Notes: generated by a model not told the origin, from the sequence alone. A DNA stretch of 64,000 nucleotides from Trueperaceae bacterium (GCA_965215565.1 CBDCDZ010000004.1:2912001-2976000), one strand, 5' to 3'. Counted from the first letter of the stretch, positions 28,751 to 39,529 are shown. Program-made: numbers and translations.

Positions 28751-30178
28751 GTGTCTTCCTCTGATTTACCCCAAGCTCTGAAACCCTTTTATCAGATGGC
28801 AAAGCCGAATGAGATTATTAGCTTATATAGTGGCGAAATCGAACTCGTCTGTGGAGAAAAACGATATGTGGGAGCGGGGAGTATTTTCATCAGATGGTTT
28901 CCTTCTATCAGTACAGTATTTGAAGTGAAACTAGATGATCGCGAAAGCTGGGATTCCTCATGGCAAGATAGCGAAAAAGCAAGAATCGTCGTCTCCAAAC
29001 TTCAGTTAGAAGAAGATATAATCATCACTAAAATTGAAGCAGGTGGAAACAGTGTAAGAGGAATTCTCAAGTCTCGAGCAAAAATCGGAGATGGCAGCGA
29101 GTTAAAGAGTTTTTTCACTTGACTAATTTCGTTGATCCTTTAACTGACAGTTCCATATCCGTATCTGGAAGGTATGGTTGGAGAAAAGATGGCTTAGTAC
29201 AAGAGGATGAGACTTGGAGAGTGCGGGTCTTTAACACGTTCCATATCCGTATCTGGAAGGTATGGTTGGAGAAAAGATGGCTTAGTACAAGAGGATGAGA
29301 CTTGGAGAGTGCGGGTCCACGCACTAGAGAACAGGCAAGAGATTTTTGACCTCCTTAAAAAGGAAGGGGGTTACGCCATAACGCATGTGGGGAAAATAGA
29401 AAAATGTGATAAGTCGACGTTCACGGTAGATGAAGCTGAAAGCCTTGTTGAAAAGCTTTTCTGGTACTTTTCGTTTCTCAAAGGTTTGTATTGCTCCCCT
29501 TTCCTTGTAGTCGGCTTTGATGAAACAGATAGCAAAGTTTGGGAGCTTTGGAATACAGATAGAATCCAATCAGATTGGCGAAGCAAGAAAAATTGGCTTC
29601 CAAAGAGTTCTCCTTCCCTCAGCACGCTCTTCAAAAACTACTTGATTGCTGTGCGAGAAGAAGCAAATTTTGAGCTTATAGGCTCTACTATTAAATGGTA
29701 TATAGAAAGTCAACAAACGAAAGATGTGAGCCAAGGAATTCTCTGGGCTCAGATGGGATTGGAAGCCTTATCATGGGTTCGGTTCGTAGATTCACACATA
29801 AGTAAAGATGGTTTTGAGAGGTTGCCGATGGCAGATCGTTTACGTCTATTGCTCTCGAGTTCTAAGATACCTATAGAAATTCCACAGCAGCTTACCCATT
29901 TAGGCGAGGGAGCCAAAGCATACAATTGGAAAGATGGCCCTCAAGCCATTGCAGAGATGCGTAACAAAATAGCTCATCCAAGCGTTTCCCAAAAAGATCG
30001 AAATATGCTCAAAAAACTTGGTTTCCACGGTCATTATGAGCTTGAGGAGCTTTGTAGATGGTACTTGGAGCTAGCACTGCTGAAGTTCTTCAACTACTCA
30101 GGGGAGTATCACAACCGTTTGCATTCAGGAGCCAATGTTGATGATCAGGAATTGGTGCCTTGGGCTAGCGATAACTGA
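28751..30178 (+). pseudogene. Disrupted low-GC gene with C-terminal HEPN-like RxxxxH motif (possible defence effector)
   Basis: Two ORFs joinable via a frameshift at the T run near 29110-29115 and removal of an 88-bp duplication; RNKIAH motif. Confidence 0.65.
29150..29317 (+). repeat. Tandem duplication, 80-bp identical unit, period 88
   Basis: 29150-29229 equals 29238-29317. Confidence 0.95.
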
Positions 30179-30239
30179 AAACGCGGCAAACCGCTTCACG
30201 CTTACTTTCAAAGAGTGTAGTTCTCTATTCTGAGAGCGT

Positions 30240-30623
30240 TTAACTCGCAACCAGCGCCACCGCCTCAATCTCAATCAACACATCTTTAGGCAGCCGCGCC
30301 ACCTCCACCGCACTCCGCGCAGGAGGCTCGCTCTCAAAGAAACGTCCGTATACCTCATTCACTGTACTAAAGTCCGCCATATCCTTTAAGAAGCAGGTGC
30401 ACTTTATGGTGTTGGCGAGACTCGAGCCCCCCGCCTCCAACACCGCCTGAAGATTCTTCAGAACTTGCTCCGTCTGCGCGGCAACATCACCCTCTAAAAG
30501 CTCACCATTAGGTAAGAGCGCAATCTGCCCCGAGGTAAAGAGCAAGTCGCCGACGCGCACCGCTTGGGCGTAGGGACCGATAGCGGCGGGCGCGTTGTCT
30601 GTAGAAATGATCGTTTTGTCCAT
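30240..30623 (-). CDS. ridA: RidA family reactive intermediate deaminase
   Basis: APAAIGPYAQ, SGQI, PPARSAVEV, EIEA. Confidence 0.9.
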   Translation of the reverse strand: MDKTIISTDNAPAAIGPYAQAVRVGDLLFTSGQIALLPNGELLEGDVAAQTEQVLKNLQAVLEAGGSSLANTIKCTCFLKDMADFSTVNEVYGRFFESEPPARSAVEVARLPKDVLIEIEAVALVAS

Positions 30624-30754
30624 AGCGCTACCTTAACGTATTCCAAGAGGTTAAAGAGAAAAAGACTATTACGAAGTTTTCGCAGAGCGAAAGGACTGAG
30701 AAAGGCTTTTTCACTTTCCTCTCAGCACTCAGTTCTTTGAACTCAGTCCTGTTG

Positions 30755-31789
30755 CTACCTCAAACTAAAGTACAAAAACAACACAAAGAGGTAGATGCAC
30801 CCCAAAATCCACACGCGGTACGGATACCAGTTTTGGCGGCGCAGTTTGTCTAAACGGCGACGCGACGGGTACGCCTCTTCGACCTTATAGATGCCGCTCA
30901 TCGTCTCGCCGATATTTACGGACGAGGCTTCTTCTTTGGGCAAGTCGTAGCGTTTGGGCTTGGGCTCGACGGCTTCGGCGAAGAGGACGACGGCGGTCAC
31001 GTTGTCAGGGCTGCCACGCTCGTTGGCGTTTTCTATGAGTTTTGCGGCAGCGTCCTCGGGTGCGTGCTCGCTTAAAATTTGTAAAATCACCTCGTCGGAG
31101 AGGAGCGTGGTGACGCCGTCGCTACAGAGCATGAGCGTGTCGCCAGAATGCACCTCGAAGTGGAAGATGTCGAGCTTGAATTCGGGGGTGGAGCCCAGCG
31201 CGTTGGTGATAATATTACGCCAGCGGTGATGCCGCGCCTCCTCTTCGCTAAGGAGCCCTTGGCGCACCCGATCCGCTACCCAGGAGTGATCCTGGGTGAG
31301 CTGGTGGATTTCGCCGTTTCTGACGAGGTACGCCCTCGAGTCCCCCACGTGCCCCACCAGCCCGATCTGATCGTCAATGAGCAACGTGGTCAGCGTCGTG
31401 CCCATGCCGCGACTTTCGGGATGCAGGGTGGCGTAGTCGTAAATCTCTAAGTTGGCGTCTTGGACGGCGCGCGCGACGGCGGCGGGCGGATGGGCGTGCG
31501 CTTTTTTGAGCGCGCGGCTCAGCACCTTGACTGCTGTCTGACTGGCGATTTCGCCCGACTGGTGTCCGCCCATGCCGTCCGCGACAATGCCCAGAACCCC
31601 TTGGGGCGTCGTGTCCACGAAGTAGGTATCCTGGTTGACCTTGCGCACCTCGCCCGCTTCGCTCTGACCCGCAAAATGGATGCGCGTCGCGGCGAGCTGT
31701 CCCTTAGACTGCGGCTTGGTTTGGGACTTGGCGTCAGACGCCGACGCCACAATTCGGTTCTTGGTGGCTTGGGGCGGCGCAGGCTTCAT
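30755..31789 (-). CDS. PP2C/PPM Ser/Thr phosphatase with C-terminal TM helix
   Basis: RKVNQD, VADGMGGH, GDSRAY, CSDG, DNVT. Confidence 0.92.
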   Translation of the reverse strand: MKPAPPQATKNRIVASASDAKSQTKPQSKGQLAATRIHFAGQSEAGEVRKVNQDTYFVDTTPQGVLGIVADGMGGHQSGEIASQTAVKVLSRALKKAHAHPPAAVARAVQDANLEIYDYATLHPESRGMGTTLTTLLIDDQIGLVGHVGDSRAYLVRNGEIHQLTQDHSWVADRVRQGLLSEEEARHHRWRNIITNALGSTPEFKLDIFHFEVHSGDTLMLCSDGVTTLLSDEVILQILSEHAPEDAAAKLIENANERGSPDNVTAVVLFAEAVEPKPKRYDLPKEEASSVNIGETMSGIYKVEEAYPSRRRLDKLRRQNWYPYRVWILGCIYLFVLFLYFSLR

Positions 31790-31905
31790 AAAGACTAATT
31801 ATACACCGCCCACCTCACCGCGTTGGGAAGTAACTCGCCTTTGCAGTTGCCACATGACCTGAATGTTTGCAGGTCCTTGTACTCGGGCGAGCCAGGAAAA
31901 ACCTG

Positions 31906-32016
31906 TAGCAGGTATTATCTGGTCAGAGACACGCTCACTAAGTAAGTTATTGTTTGGCACGCACTTTCAGAGATGATATCTGCGGCAACTCGCCTCAGTA
32001 TATTTTGGAACTGCTA
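31906..32016 (+). mobile_element. Family A element, copy 2
   Basis: TAGCAGGTATTATCTGG...GATGATATCTGC...TTTTGGAACTGCTA. Confidence 0.85.
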
Positions 32017-32106
32017 CTGAGATGCTGCTCTTCCGCCCTAATGATAAAGCCCGCCACACAAGATGAAACACCTTGCCTATTTGCTCGCTTGCGGTATGCT
32101 GCGCGG

Positions 32107-33573
32107 ATGAAATTCGCTCACCAGATCGCGCAAGAGGTTCGTGACGGGCGGGTCAGCGCGGAAGAGGTTGTAGACGAGGCGCTCTCAAGAGCTGAGCGCG
32201 TGCAAGGCTCTCTCAATGCGTTTCTAACGGTTGCTCGTGACACGGCGCTCCAGAAGGCTCGAGCCCTAGACCAAAAGATCGTATCAGGTGAAACGCTCGG
32301 ACCCCTTGCGGGCGTTCCTATCGCTGTTAAGGACAACATCTGCACGGCTGGGATTCGCACGACGGCGGGGTCCAAAAGTCTGGAAACTTTTGTGCCGCCT
32401 TATAGCGCGACGGTGGTGGCGCGGCTCGAGGCGGCGGGCGCGATCGTCATCGCGAAGACCAACCTGGATGAATTTGGGATGGGGGGCTCGAGCGAAAATT
32501 CGGCGTACGGGGCGATGAGGAACCCTTGGGACCCGTCGAGGGTCCCCGGCGGCTCTTCGGGCGGCTCCGCCATCGCCGTTTCAGCGGGCGTCGTGCCGCT
32601 CGCGCTCGGCACAGATACGGGCGGCTCGGTGCGTCAGCCGGCAGCGTACACGGGGCTCATCGGCTTCAAACCGACGTATGGACGGCTGTCTCGCTACGGC
32701 GTGGTGGCGTTCGCGAGTTCGCTCGATCAGATCGGGGTGCTGTGCCGCTCGTCTCAAGACCTAGCACTGACGATGGACGCGGCGAGCGGGCATGACCCCT
32801 GCGACGCGACGAGCTTGGAGGCTGCGCCTGCATTTGTGAAGGGACTCGAGGCGCAAACCTCTTTAGAGGAACTCCGTATCGGCATCATTCAGGAGCTGTC
32901 GGGGGAGGGCAACAGCGAGGGGATACGAGCGGCGTTAGCGCGCACCGCCGAGACGCTGACCTCTTTGGGTGCAACCGTCGGCGACGCCTCCATCCCCAAC
33001 GCGCAGCACGGCGTCGCTGCGTACTACCTCGTCGGACCCGCCGAGGCGTCCGCAAACCTAGCCCGCTTCGACGCGATGCTCTACAGCGCGCGTTCTGGCG
33101 AGAACCGCCTAGGTCAAGCCGAGGTCATGATGCGCTCGCGCGGCGAGTCCTTCGGACCCGAGGTGCGCCGCCGCATCCTGATGGGAACCTACGCGCTGTC
33201 AGCCGGTTATTACGACGCCTACTACGGTAAGGCGCTCAAGGTGCGCCAGCTCATCGCGGACGATTTCGCTCGCGCTTTTGGGGACTTCGATCTGCTTATG
33301 ACGCCGACGACGCCGAGCACCGCTTACGAGTTAGGCAAGAAGTCGGACGACCCGCTTGCCATGTACCTAGACGACATCGACACGGTCTTAGCGAATTTGG
33401 TGGGCGTCGGCGCGGTCAGTGTTCCTGCTGGCACAGTGGACGGTCTGCCTTGCGGCGTGCAGCTTTTTGCGCCGACACTGCACGATGAGAAGCTCGTGGC
33501 GGTGGTGGGAAGGCTCGAGCGCGCCGCTGACCGGTCCCTCGCACCCGTCGCGCCTGACTACGCCTCAGACTAA
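32107..33573 (+). CDS. gatA: Asp/Glu-tRNA amidotransferase subunit A
   Basis: KDN, GGSSGGS, GTDTGGSVRQPA, LSAGYYDAYY; ATG 32107 after TATGCT. Confidence 0.95.
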   Translation: MKFAHQIAQEVRDGRVSAEEVVDEALSRAERVQGSLNAFLTVARDTALQKARALDQKIVSGETLGPLAGVPIAVKDNICTAGIRTTAGSKSLETFVPPYSATVVARLEAAGAIVIAKTNLDEFGMGGSSENSAYGAMRNPWDPSRVPGGSSGGSAIAVSAGVVPLALGTDTGGSVRQPAAYTGLIGFKPTYGRLSRYGVVAFASSLDQIGVLCRSSQDLALTMDAASGHDPCDATSLEAAPAFVKGLEAQTSLEELRIGIIQELSGEGNSEGIRAALARTAETLTSLGATVGDASIPNAQHGVAAYYLVGPAEASANLARFDAMLYSARSGENRLGQAEVMMRSRGESFGPEVRRRILMGTYALSAGYYDAYYGKALKVRQLIADDFARAFGDFDLLMTPTTPSTAYELGKKSDDPLAMYLDDIDTVLANLVGVGAVSVPAGTVDGLPCGVQLFAPTLHDEKLVAVVGRLERAADRSLAPVAPDYASD

Positions 33574-33819
33574 CCCCAGCCGCGCCGCCTTGACAACCGC
33601 CGCCGTCCGCCCCCGCACCCAGAGCTTACCGTAGATGCGGGTGAGGTGGGTGCTCACGGTGCGCGGTGAAATCTCGAGCAGCTTGGCCACGCGCTTGTTC
33701 GTCAGGCCCTCGGCGATGAGCCTGAGGACCTCTTGCTCGCGCGAAGTCAAGCTTTCGAGCGGCAGTGAAAAGGAAATAGGGGCGCGGGGGTAGAGGGTTT
33801 CGGACACGGGCTGAATCAT
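33565..33819 (-). CDS. Stand-alone LuxR/GerE HTH regulator
   Basis: LTSREQEVL...GLTNK...TVSTHL..IYGKL; AAGGAG RBS before ATG 33819. Confidence 0.8.
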   Translation of the reverse strand: MIQPVSETLYPRAPISFSLPLESLTSREQEVLRLIAEGLTNKRVAKLLEISPRTVSTHLTRIYGKLWVRGRTAAVVKAARLGLV

Positions 33820-34264
33820 GCTTAGCTCCTTTGCGAGAACGTCGAGCGTCTGATGGGACGTGTCTAAGCGTAGCGAACCCAAGCCACTTTCACATCTGTC
33901 AATCAACTTACGTAGCTCCTCACAGACGCAAAAAAGGCGGGCTACGTAGGATGACGTAGAGGGGTTTACGTCACCGAAAGGGAGCGGTTTTAGGTCTCGG
34001 AAATAACCTCTTGGGTTCAAGCAGTCCCGCACCTGACAGGCGAGGTTGCGGCGACTCCCGGCTCGTCCGTGTCGTCTAATCCCAAATCTCTGAGGGCCGG
34101 TAAACGGTTTTTGCTAGCGGCGAAAATTCTGTAGATTATGTCTAAGCTAGTCGAATAGCAGGGTGAGCCGCCTTGTGGCCGTTAGCTCCGCTAGGTCAAG
34201 CCGCTAATGCACAAGCGCGAGGCGCTGCCGCTCATGAGCCGCTGCGAGAAATGTGGGTACGACT

Positions 34265-35182
34265 ATGCACGACTTTCCTTATCTCACTCCCTACGTCAAC
34301 GAGATTTTCAGCCGTGAGAAGACGCGCTGGGACTACCGCTTTCTCCGCCCCGTTCTCATCGTGCTGTACTTCTTCTTACGCCTCGTCCTCGTGCCCTTTA
34401 AGTTCGTTTTTCACCGCAACGCCTGGGGCTTTGAGGACGGGCTCATCGACCGCGTGATTGCGTTCGGCATCGAGCGGTTTGCGGCGCGCGACGCGCTCGA
34501 GCTGCTCATCCGCCACGTGCAGATCGAGCCCCTGCTCTACCGCTACGTGCTCTCGGGGACGCCCGAGCGTATAGATGGGGTGGGCGAGCGGCTCAAAGGT
34601 ATCGATGGGGACTTCAGCGTCAACTCCGTTCAAGACGTCGTCGCCCACGGGCTCACCATCTGCCACGACGACCTCTCGTACGAGGTGATGGCGCGCTTCG
34701 ACAAGGGGGCGTTTTTAGAGAACCTCGAGTTCTACCGGAACAGCCGCCCCGAGAGCCTCGAGCAGTTTGGTAGGGGAGTGCTGGCGCAAAACCGCCAGCA
34801 CTCTCTACAGATTTTTGGGTGCACCAACGTGGTCATCTTCATCGTCATCACGATTTCGCTCTTCGGTGACCTCAAGACCGTGATCCGCGCCCTCAACTCC
34901 TTTCAGTCCGACGCCTTGCTGCTCTGGTGCCTCAAACACATCTGCGCGGAAGATGAGCGGGCGATGATCGACCTCGACTTCTACTTGCAGCCCAACAACC
35001 GCAGCCACTACAACAACAGCCCCTTTCTGTCCGACCCGAATGCGTACCTCTATAATCACATCGCTTTCGACGAGTTCGCTTACGAACTCCTCCGCAAGCA
35101 GTCGGGCGCACCGGTGGAGGCCGGTAAGGTGGAGGCTGTTGAGATGAGGGTTGGCGCTCAAAACCAGTTGGGCGTAGGATGA
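34265..35182 (+). CDS. Conserved unknown protein (resembles the DUF6999-type proteins found beside DarB-like synthases)
   Basis: About 305 aa, ATGA overlap with the ketosynthase; family assignment from recall only. Confidence 0.6.
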   Translation: MHDFPYLTPYVNEIFSREKTRWDYRFLRPVLIVLYFFLRLVLVPFKFVFHRNAWGFEDGLIDRVIAFGIERFAARDALELLIRHVQIEPLLYRYVLSGTPERIDGVGERLKGIDGDFSVNSVQDVVAHGLTICHDDLSYEVMARFDKGAFLENLEFYRNSRPESLEQFGRGVLAQNRQHSLQIFGCTNVVIFIVITISLFGDLKTVIRALNSFQSDALLLWCLKHICAEDERAMIDLDFYLQPNNRSHYNNSPFLSDPNAYLYNHIAFDEFAYELLRKQSGAPVEAGKVEAVEMRVGAQNQLGVG

Positions 35183-36264
35183 GCGGCTGCTACATCACCA
35201 GCACGGGCGCTTATCTGCCCGGCGACGCGGTGGACAACCACAACTTGGCGAAGTACTTGGGCAAGACGCTGGGCGAGGGGCGCGTCAAGGAGAAGATTCT
35301 CGCGGTCAACGGCATCGAGACGCGGCACTACGCCCTGGACGAGCAGCAGAACCCGACGCATTCCCTCTACGAACTTGCGGCGGCGGCGCTGGAAGCCTGC
35401 TTACCTCGTGGGAGGGCGCAGCACGTTGACTACCTGTCGGCGGGTACGACGCACGCGCCGCTGCTCGCACCCGGTCTTTCCTCGCTCGTGCACGACGAAC
35501 TGAGCAAACGAGGTACCCTAACACACCCTTTAGAGATCACCTCCAACTCGGGCATCTGCTCCTCGGGCGCGCAGGCTTTAGTCAACGCGAGCCGCGCCGT
35601 GAAAGCGGGCGAGGCGCAAGCGGCGCTCTGCGTCGGCGTCGAGCAACCTTCGGTGGGGCTCCGCGCGAAGGCGTTCCGCCCTACGTACGACCTCTTAGCG
35701 ATGTTAAAAGACCTCCGAACGTCCAAGTGGTTCATGTCCACCTTCCTCCGTTTCATGCTGTCCGATGGCGCAGGTGCGTGCCTGCTCGAGCCTCAGCCGA
35801 GCGAGGAGGGACGTTCGCTCAGGGTGGACTGGACCTATTCGCGCTCCTTTGCGAACGAAGCGCCGCTCTGTATGCAGCTCCCGAGCGAGCCGCCACTTAC
35901 GCTGCGCCAAGACGTCACCGCGCTGTCGCAGTACATGGCACCGCTCTCGAAACGGCTGCTCGAGGACGCCCTTAGCAGCCGTAACGCGCACCTCAGCGAC
36001 TACGCCGTCGTTTTGCCCCACATGTCCTCGTACTACTTCGAGCCCTCTGTTAAACAGATCATGAACGAGCTGTCGCCGGAGCGAGAGGTGCCCTACTGGA
36101 CGAACCTTAGGACTGCAGGCAACACCGGCGCAGCCAGCATCTACGTGATGCTCGACGAATACCTCAGAACCCACCCGGTAGAGGTGGGGGAGCGGCTGCT
36201 GCTCTTCGTCCCCGAGTCGGGTCAGTTCAACTACGTGCTCGTCAGCCTGACGGTGGCTTCGTGA
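35179..36264 (+). CDS. KAS III-like ketosynthase, StlD/DarB type
   Basis: Cys (GICSSG), His (PHMSS), Asn (GNTG) triad; FLRFMLSDGAGA; VPESGQF. Confidence 0.85.
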   Translation: MSGCYITSTGAYLPGDAVDNHNLAKYLGKTLGEGRVKEKILAVNGIETRHYALDEQQNPTHSLYELAAAALEACLPRGRAQHVDYLSAGTTHAPLLAPGLSSLVHDELSKRGTLTHPLEITSNSGICSSGAQALVNASRAVKAGEAQAALCVGVEQPSVGLRAKAFRPTYDLLAMLKDLRTSKWFMSTFLRFMLSDGAGACLLEPQPSEEGRSLRVDWTYSRSFANEAPLCMQLPSEPPLTLRQDVTALSQYMAPLSKRLLEDALSSRNAHLSDYAVVLPHMSSYYFEPSVKQIMNELSPEREVPYWTNLRTAGNTGAASIYVMLDEYLRTHPVEVGERLLLFVPESGQFNYVLVSLTVAS

Positions 36265-36271
36265 GGTCCGT

Positions 36272-37846
36272 GTGAACATCGCCATCGTGGGGGCGGGCAG
36301 CAGCGGTCTCGTCACGCTGAAAACGCTGCTGGACACCTACCCGGCGGCGAACGTGGTCTGTTTCGAAAAGAGCGACGCTGTGCGCGGCTGTTGGGGCGAT
36401 CAGCGAGCGGACTTCGTCTCGACGTCGACGAAGTACACCACGCAGTTCTCCTGTTTTCGCAAGTGGCCCCTAGAGGAAGACGCGCAAAAGCGGTTCGGGG
36501 AGTTCTACCGCGGCGCTGAATTCGGCGACTACCTGGACGCCTTCGCGACTCATTTCGGGCTCAGGGCGCACATTCGCTTCGGGGTCACGTTGGAGCGCTT
36601 GGAGCGCACCGGCGACACGTGGACGCTCTCTCTGAGCGAAAACGGCGAAAAGACGCGCCGGCAGTTCGGCGCGGTCTTTCTCTGCACGGGGCTCGTCAAC
36701 CAGAAGCTGCCGCTCGAGTCCCCTCACGTCCCCCTCGCGCAGAGTCCCGAAAGGGTCCGAAATTCTACTGTCGTCGTCGTGGGTGGCGGCGAGTCCGCCA
36801 CCGACATCGCCAACTATCTCGCCAAGCCGGAGCACGGCAACACCGTCTTCCTCTCGCTGCGTTCGGGCGTGCGGGTGAGCCCCCGCTACCACCCGATCAG
36901 GGGCGTGCCCTCGGATTTCTTACGCAACAGGCTGCTGCTCTCTTTTAGCAAGCGGACCCGCAACCGCGTAGGCGAGCGCTTCGTCACCTTCCGCATCCGT
37001 TTCGAGCGGCTTCTGGCGCGGTGGTTTCCGCATGGAGCAGGCAACGCCACCGAACAGGCGAAGAGGTTGCGAAAAGCGTGGGACCTCAAGCTCAAGGCGA
37101 GGGCGAAAGGGGAGCTGTTCAACGTCTTTCATAATAAGAGCGACGATTTTCTGAACGCGGTAGAGGAGGGGCGGCTGAGCATCGTCGGCCCGCCGACAGA
37201 CCTGAGCTGGGATACGTACTTCGACTTCGACAAGACCACCACGCTGCGCGTCTCCCCCGATGTGCTAGTGCCCTCGGCGGGGTACTGTTCTCGCTTGTCG
37301 GAACTGTCTGGCGGTGCCCTCCACCTCAAAGATTTCTATCACGGCTGCGTCCATACGAGCCTGAGCAACCTCTTCCTCATCGGGTTCGCGCGCCCCGTTA
37401 TCGGCAACATCCCGTCGATCAGCGAGATGCAAGCGCGCTACGCCGTCGGCGTCTTGTCAGGTCAGTACCGCGTCCCAGAGGACGTAAAAAGGCGACATGG
37501 CGAAGCTTGGCGCTCCCTGTGCGAGGAATACAGCGCGCTCAACACGGATAACGTCTACCCAGTAGAGCAGTTCCCCTACTGCGACGTGTTGGCGAGAGAG
37601 ATGGGGGTGCTGCCGTCACTGCGCAACCTCCGCTCTTTCCCCCTCTGGTTGAAAATTAAGCTCGTCCCGGCGAGTACGGCGCACTACGTGGATGAGTATT
37701 TTGACGCGCAGATGCTCGAGCGGCAAAAGGTTTACACGCCTCTCGTGCTCGCCCTCCTCATGCTGGCGGCTCGCCCTCTGGCGCGGCTCGCACAATTTGT
37801 AAGGCGGCTCAAACCGGAACCCCCGGCGGCACAGCGCTCTAAATAG
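36272..37846 (+). CDS. Flavin-containing monooxygenase-like protein
   Basis: GAGSSG and GGGESA Rossmann motifs, IGFARP..GNIP..SEMQAR. Confidence 0.85.
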   Translation: MNIAIVGAGSSGLVTLKTLLDTYPAANVVCFEKSDAVRGCWGDQRADFVSTSTKYTTQFSCFRKWPLEEDAQKRFGEFYRGAEFGDYLDAFATHFGLRAHIRFGVTLERLERTGDTWTLSLSENGEKTRRQFGAVFLCTGLVNQKLPLESPHVPLAQSPERVRNSTVVVVGGGESATDIANYLAKPEHGNTVFLSLRSGVRVSPRYHPIRGVPSDFLRNRLLLSFSKRTRNRVGERFVTFRIRFERLLARWFPHGAGNATEQAKRLRKAWDLKLKARAKGELFNVFHNKSDDFLNAVEEGRLSIVGPPTDLSWDTYFDFDKTTTLRVSPDVLVPSAGYCSRLSELSGGALHLKDFYHGCVHTSLSNLFLIGFARPVIGNIPSISEMQARYAVGVLSGQYRVPEDVKRRHGEAWRSLCEEYSALNTDNVYPVEQFPYCDVLAREMGVLPSLRNLRSFPLWLKIKLVPASTAHYVDEYFDAQMLERQKVYTPLVLALLMLAARPLARLAQFVRRLKPEPPAAQRSK

Positions 37847-38195
37847 CGAGGCGCGCAAGCGTCTCCTGATACAGTGCGCGAGTCACCCTAAAAAGTTGTA
37901 TGAGTAGTTGGAATTACAATTCACGACGAATTCTCAGAAGGGCGTCCTCATCGGCTTTTCAGCGACGTACAAGTAGAAGTTAAAAACTGAAAAACGCAAG
38001 GTTATACGACTTTTAGGGGTATCTCCAGTGCGCGCTCGTCTTGCTAAATACCGCTCCGACTTGCTATAGTCTCCTCATCAAACGATAGTAGGCAACGGGG
38101 AACGGCAGCCATTTTTTCGTGTGACACTCAGCCGAGAGCGTCGCGCCGTCTGTCACCTCTTCTGGACCTACCGCCGTTTCGAGAGAAAGAGGTGA

Positions 38196-39491
38196 ATGAT
38201 GAGGTTGCTGTTAGCGCTTTTTTCCTTGAGTTTAGTTGTCGGGACGGTGCAGGCGCAGACGACGATTCGCTTTTCGGGGGGCGCGTCAGGTCCGGGGCTC
38301 GAGACCGAGCGCCAGCTCGCTCAGATGTACATGGAGCAAAACCCGGACGTTACGGTGGAGGTGCTGCCCGGTCCAGACTCTTCGGACGAGCGTTTTTCCC
38401 TATATCTTCAGCTCTTCGAGGCGCAGTCTGCCGATTTCGACGTGTTGCAGCTCGACATCATCTGGCCCGGTCAGCTCGCTGAGCACTTGGTGGACTTAAA
38501 CCAGTACGGCGACATTCAGAGTTCGACGGGCGAGTTTTTCCCGGCGATTGTCGAAGCGAACACGGTGGATGAGAAGCTCACCGCCATCCCTTGGTTTACC
38601 GACGCGGGCATCTTATATTACCGCACGGACCTCTTAGAGGAGTACGGTTTTGACGGTCCGCCCGAAACTTGGACCGAGTTAGAGGAGATGGCGACGACTA
38701 TCCAAGAGGGTGAGCGCCAGGAGAACCAGGACTTCAGCGCCTTCGTGTGGCAGGGTCAATCTTACGAGGGGCTCACCTGTGACGCGCTGGAGTGGATCAA
38801 CTCGGCGGGCGGTGGGCAGATCATCAGCCCCGAGCAGGTTATCACGGTCTTCAACCCTAACGCGGTGGAGATGATCAGCCGCGCTGCGAGCTGGGTCGGC
38901 AACATCTCGCCCACAGGTGTGACGGGCTTTGCTGAGGAGGACGCCCGCAACTTCTTCCAGGCGGGCAACGCCGCCTTTATGCGCAACTGGCCCTACGCCT
39001 ACAGCATCATGAACGCTGAGGACAGCCCCATTTCGGGCAACTTCGATGTGGTGCCGCTTCCCCACACCGAAGGTAACGACTCCGCCGCCGCGTTGGGCGG
39101 CTGGAACTTGGGCGTGTCGCGCTACAGCCAAAACCCCGAAGTCGCCGCCGACGTCGCCGCTTTTTTCGCCTCACCCGAAGCGCAGAAACTCCGCGCGATT
39201 GAGGGCAGCTTCATCCCAACGCGCCCCGCGCTATTCGAAGACCAAGAGGTCTTAGAGGCGCAGCCCTTCTTCGGACGCCTTTTAGATGTCTTTACGGGCG
39301 CGGTGGCGCGTCCCTCTGCGCCGACGGGCGATCAGTACAACGAGGTCTCGAGAGCCTTTTACACCGCCGTTCACAACGTGCTTACAGGCGAAGAAAACGC
39401 GGAAGTCGCGCTGGAAATTCTCTCGCTCGACCTTCAAGACATCACCGGCTTCGAAACGGGCGAGCCGCAGACGCAGACTTCGGCGCAGTAG
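38196..39491 (+). CDS. Sugar ABC transporter substrate-binding protein (trehalose/maltose-like)
   Basis: Signal peptide, YEGLTCD, FMRNWPY, LGGWNL. Confidence 0.88.
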   Translation: MMRLLLALFSLSLVVGTVQAQTTIRFSGGASGPGLETERQLAQMYMEQNPDVTVEVLPGPDSSDERFSLYLQLFEAQSADFDVLQLDIIWPGQLAEHLVDLNQYGDIQSSTGEFFPAIVEANTVDEKLTAIPWFTDAGILYYRTDLLEEYGFDGPPETWTELEEMATTIQEGERQENQDFSAFVWQGQSYEGLTCDALEWINSAGGGQIISPEQVITVFNPNAVEMISRAASWVGNISPTGVTGFAEEDARNFFQAGNAAFMRNWPYAYSIMNAEDSPISGNFDVVPLPHTEGNDSAAALGGWNLGVSRYSQNPEVAADVAAFFASPEAQKLRAIEGSFIPTRPALFEDQEVLEAQPFFGRLLDVFTGAVARPSAPTGDQYNEVSRAFYTAVHNVLTGEENAEVALEILSLDLQDITGFETGEPQTQTSAQ

Positions 39492-39529
39492 CGCCTGGGT
39501 CAGACGCCCCCAACCTGCTATCCTGAGCC

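Noticed and set aside
31954..32106. N-terminal extension of gatA in the ORF track (likewise ORFs at 40800, 53877 and 44560)
   Set aside because: These frames run through the family A repeat; their shared peptide-like text reflects the repeat, and better starts exist downstream.
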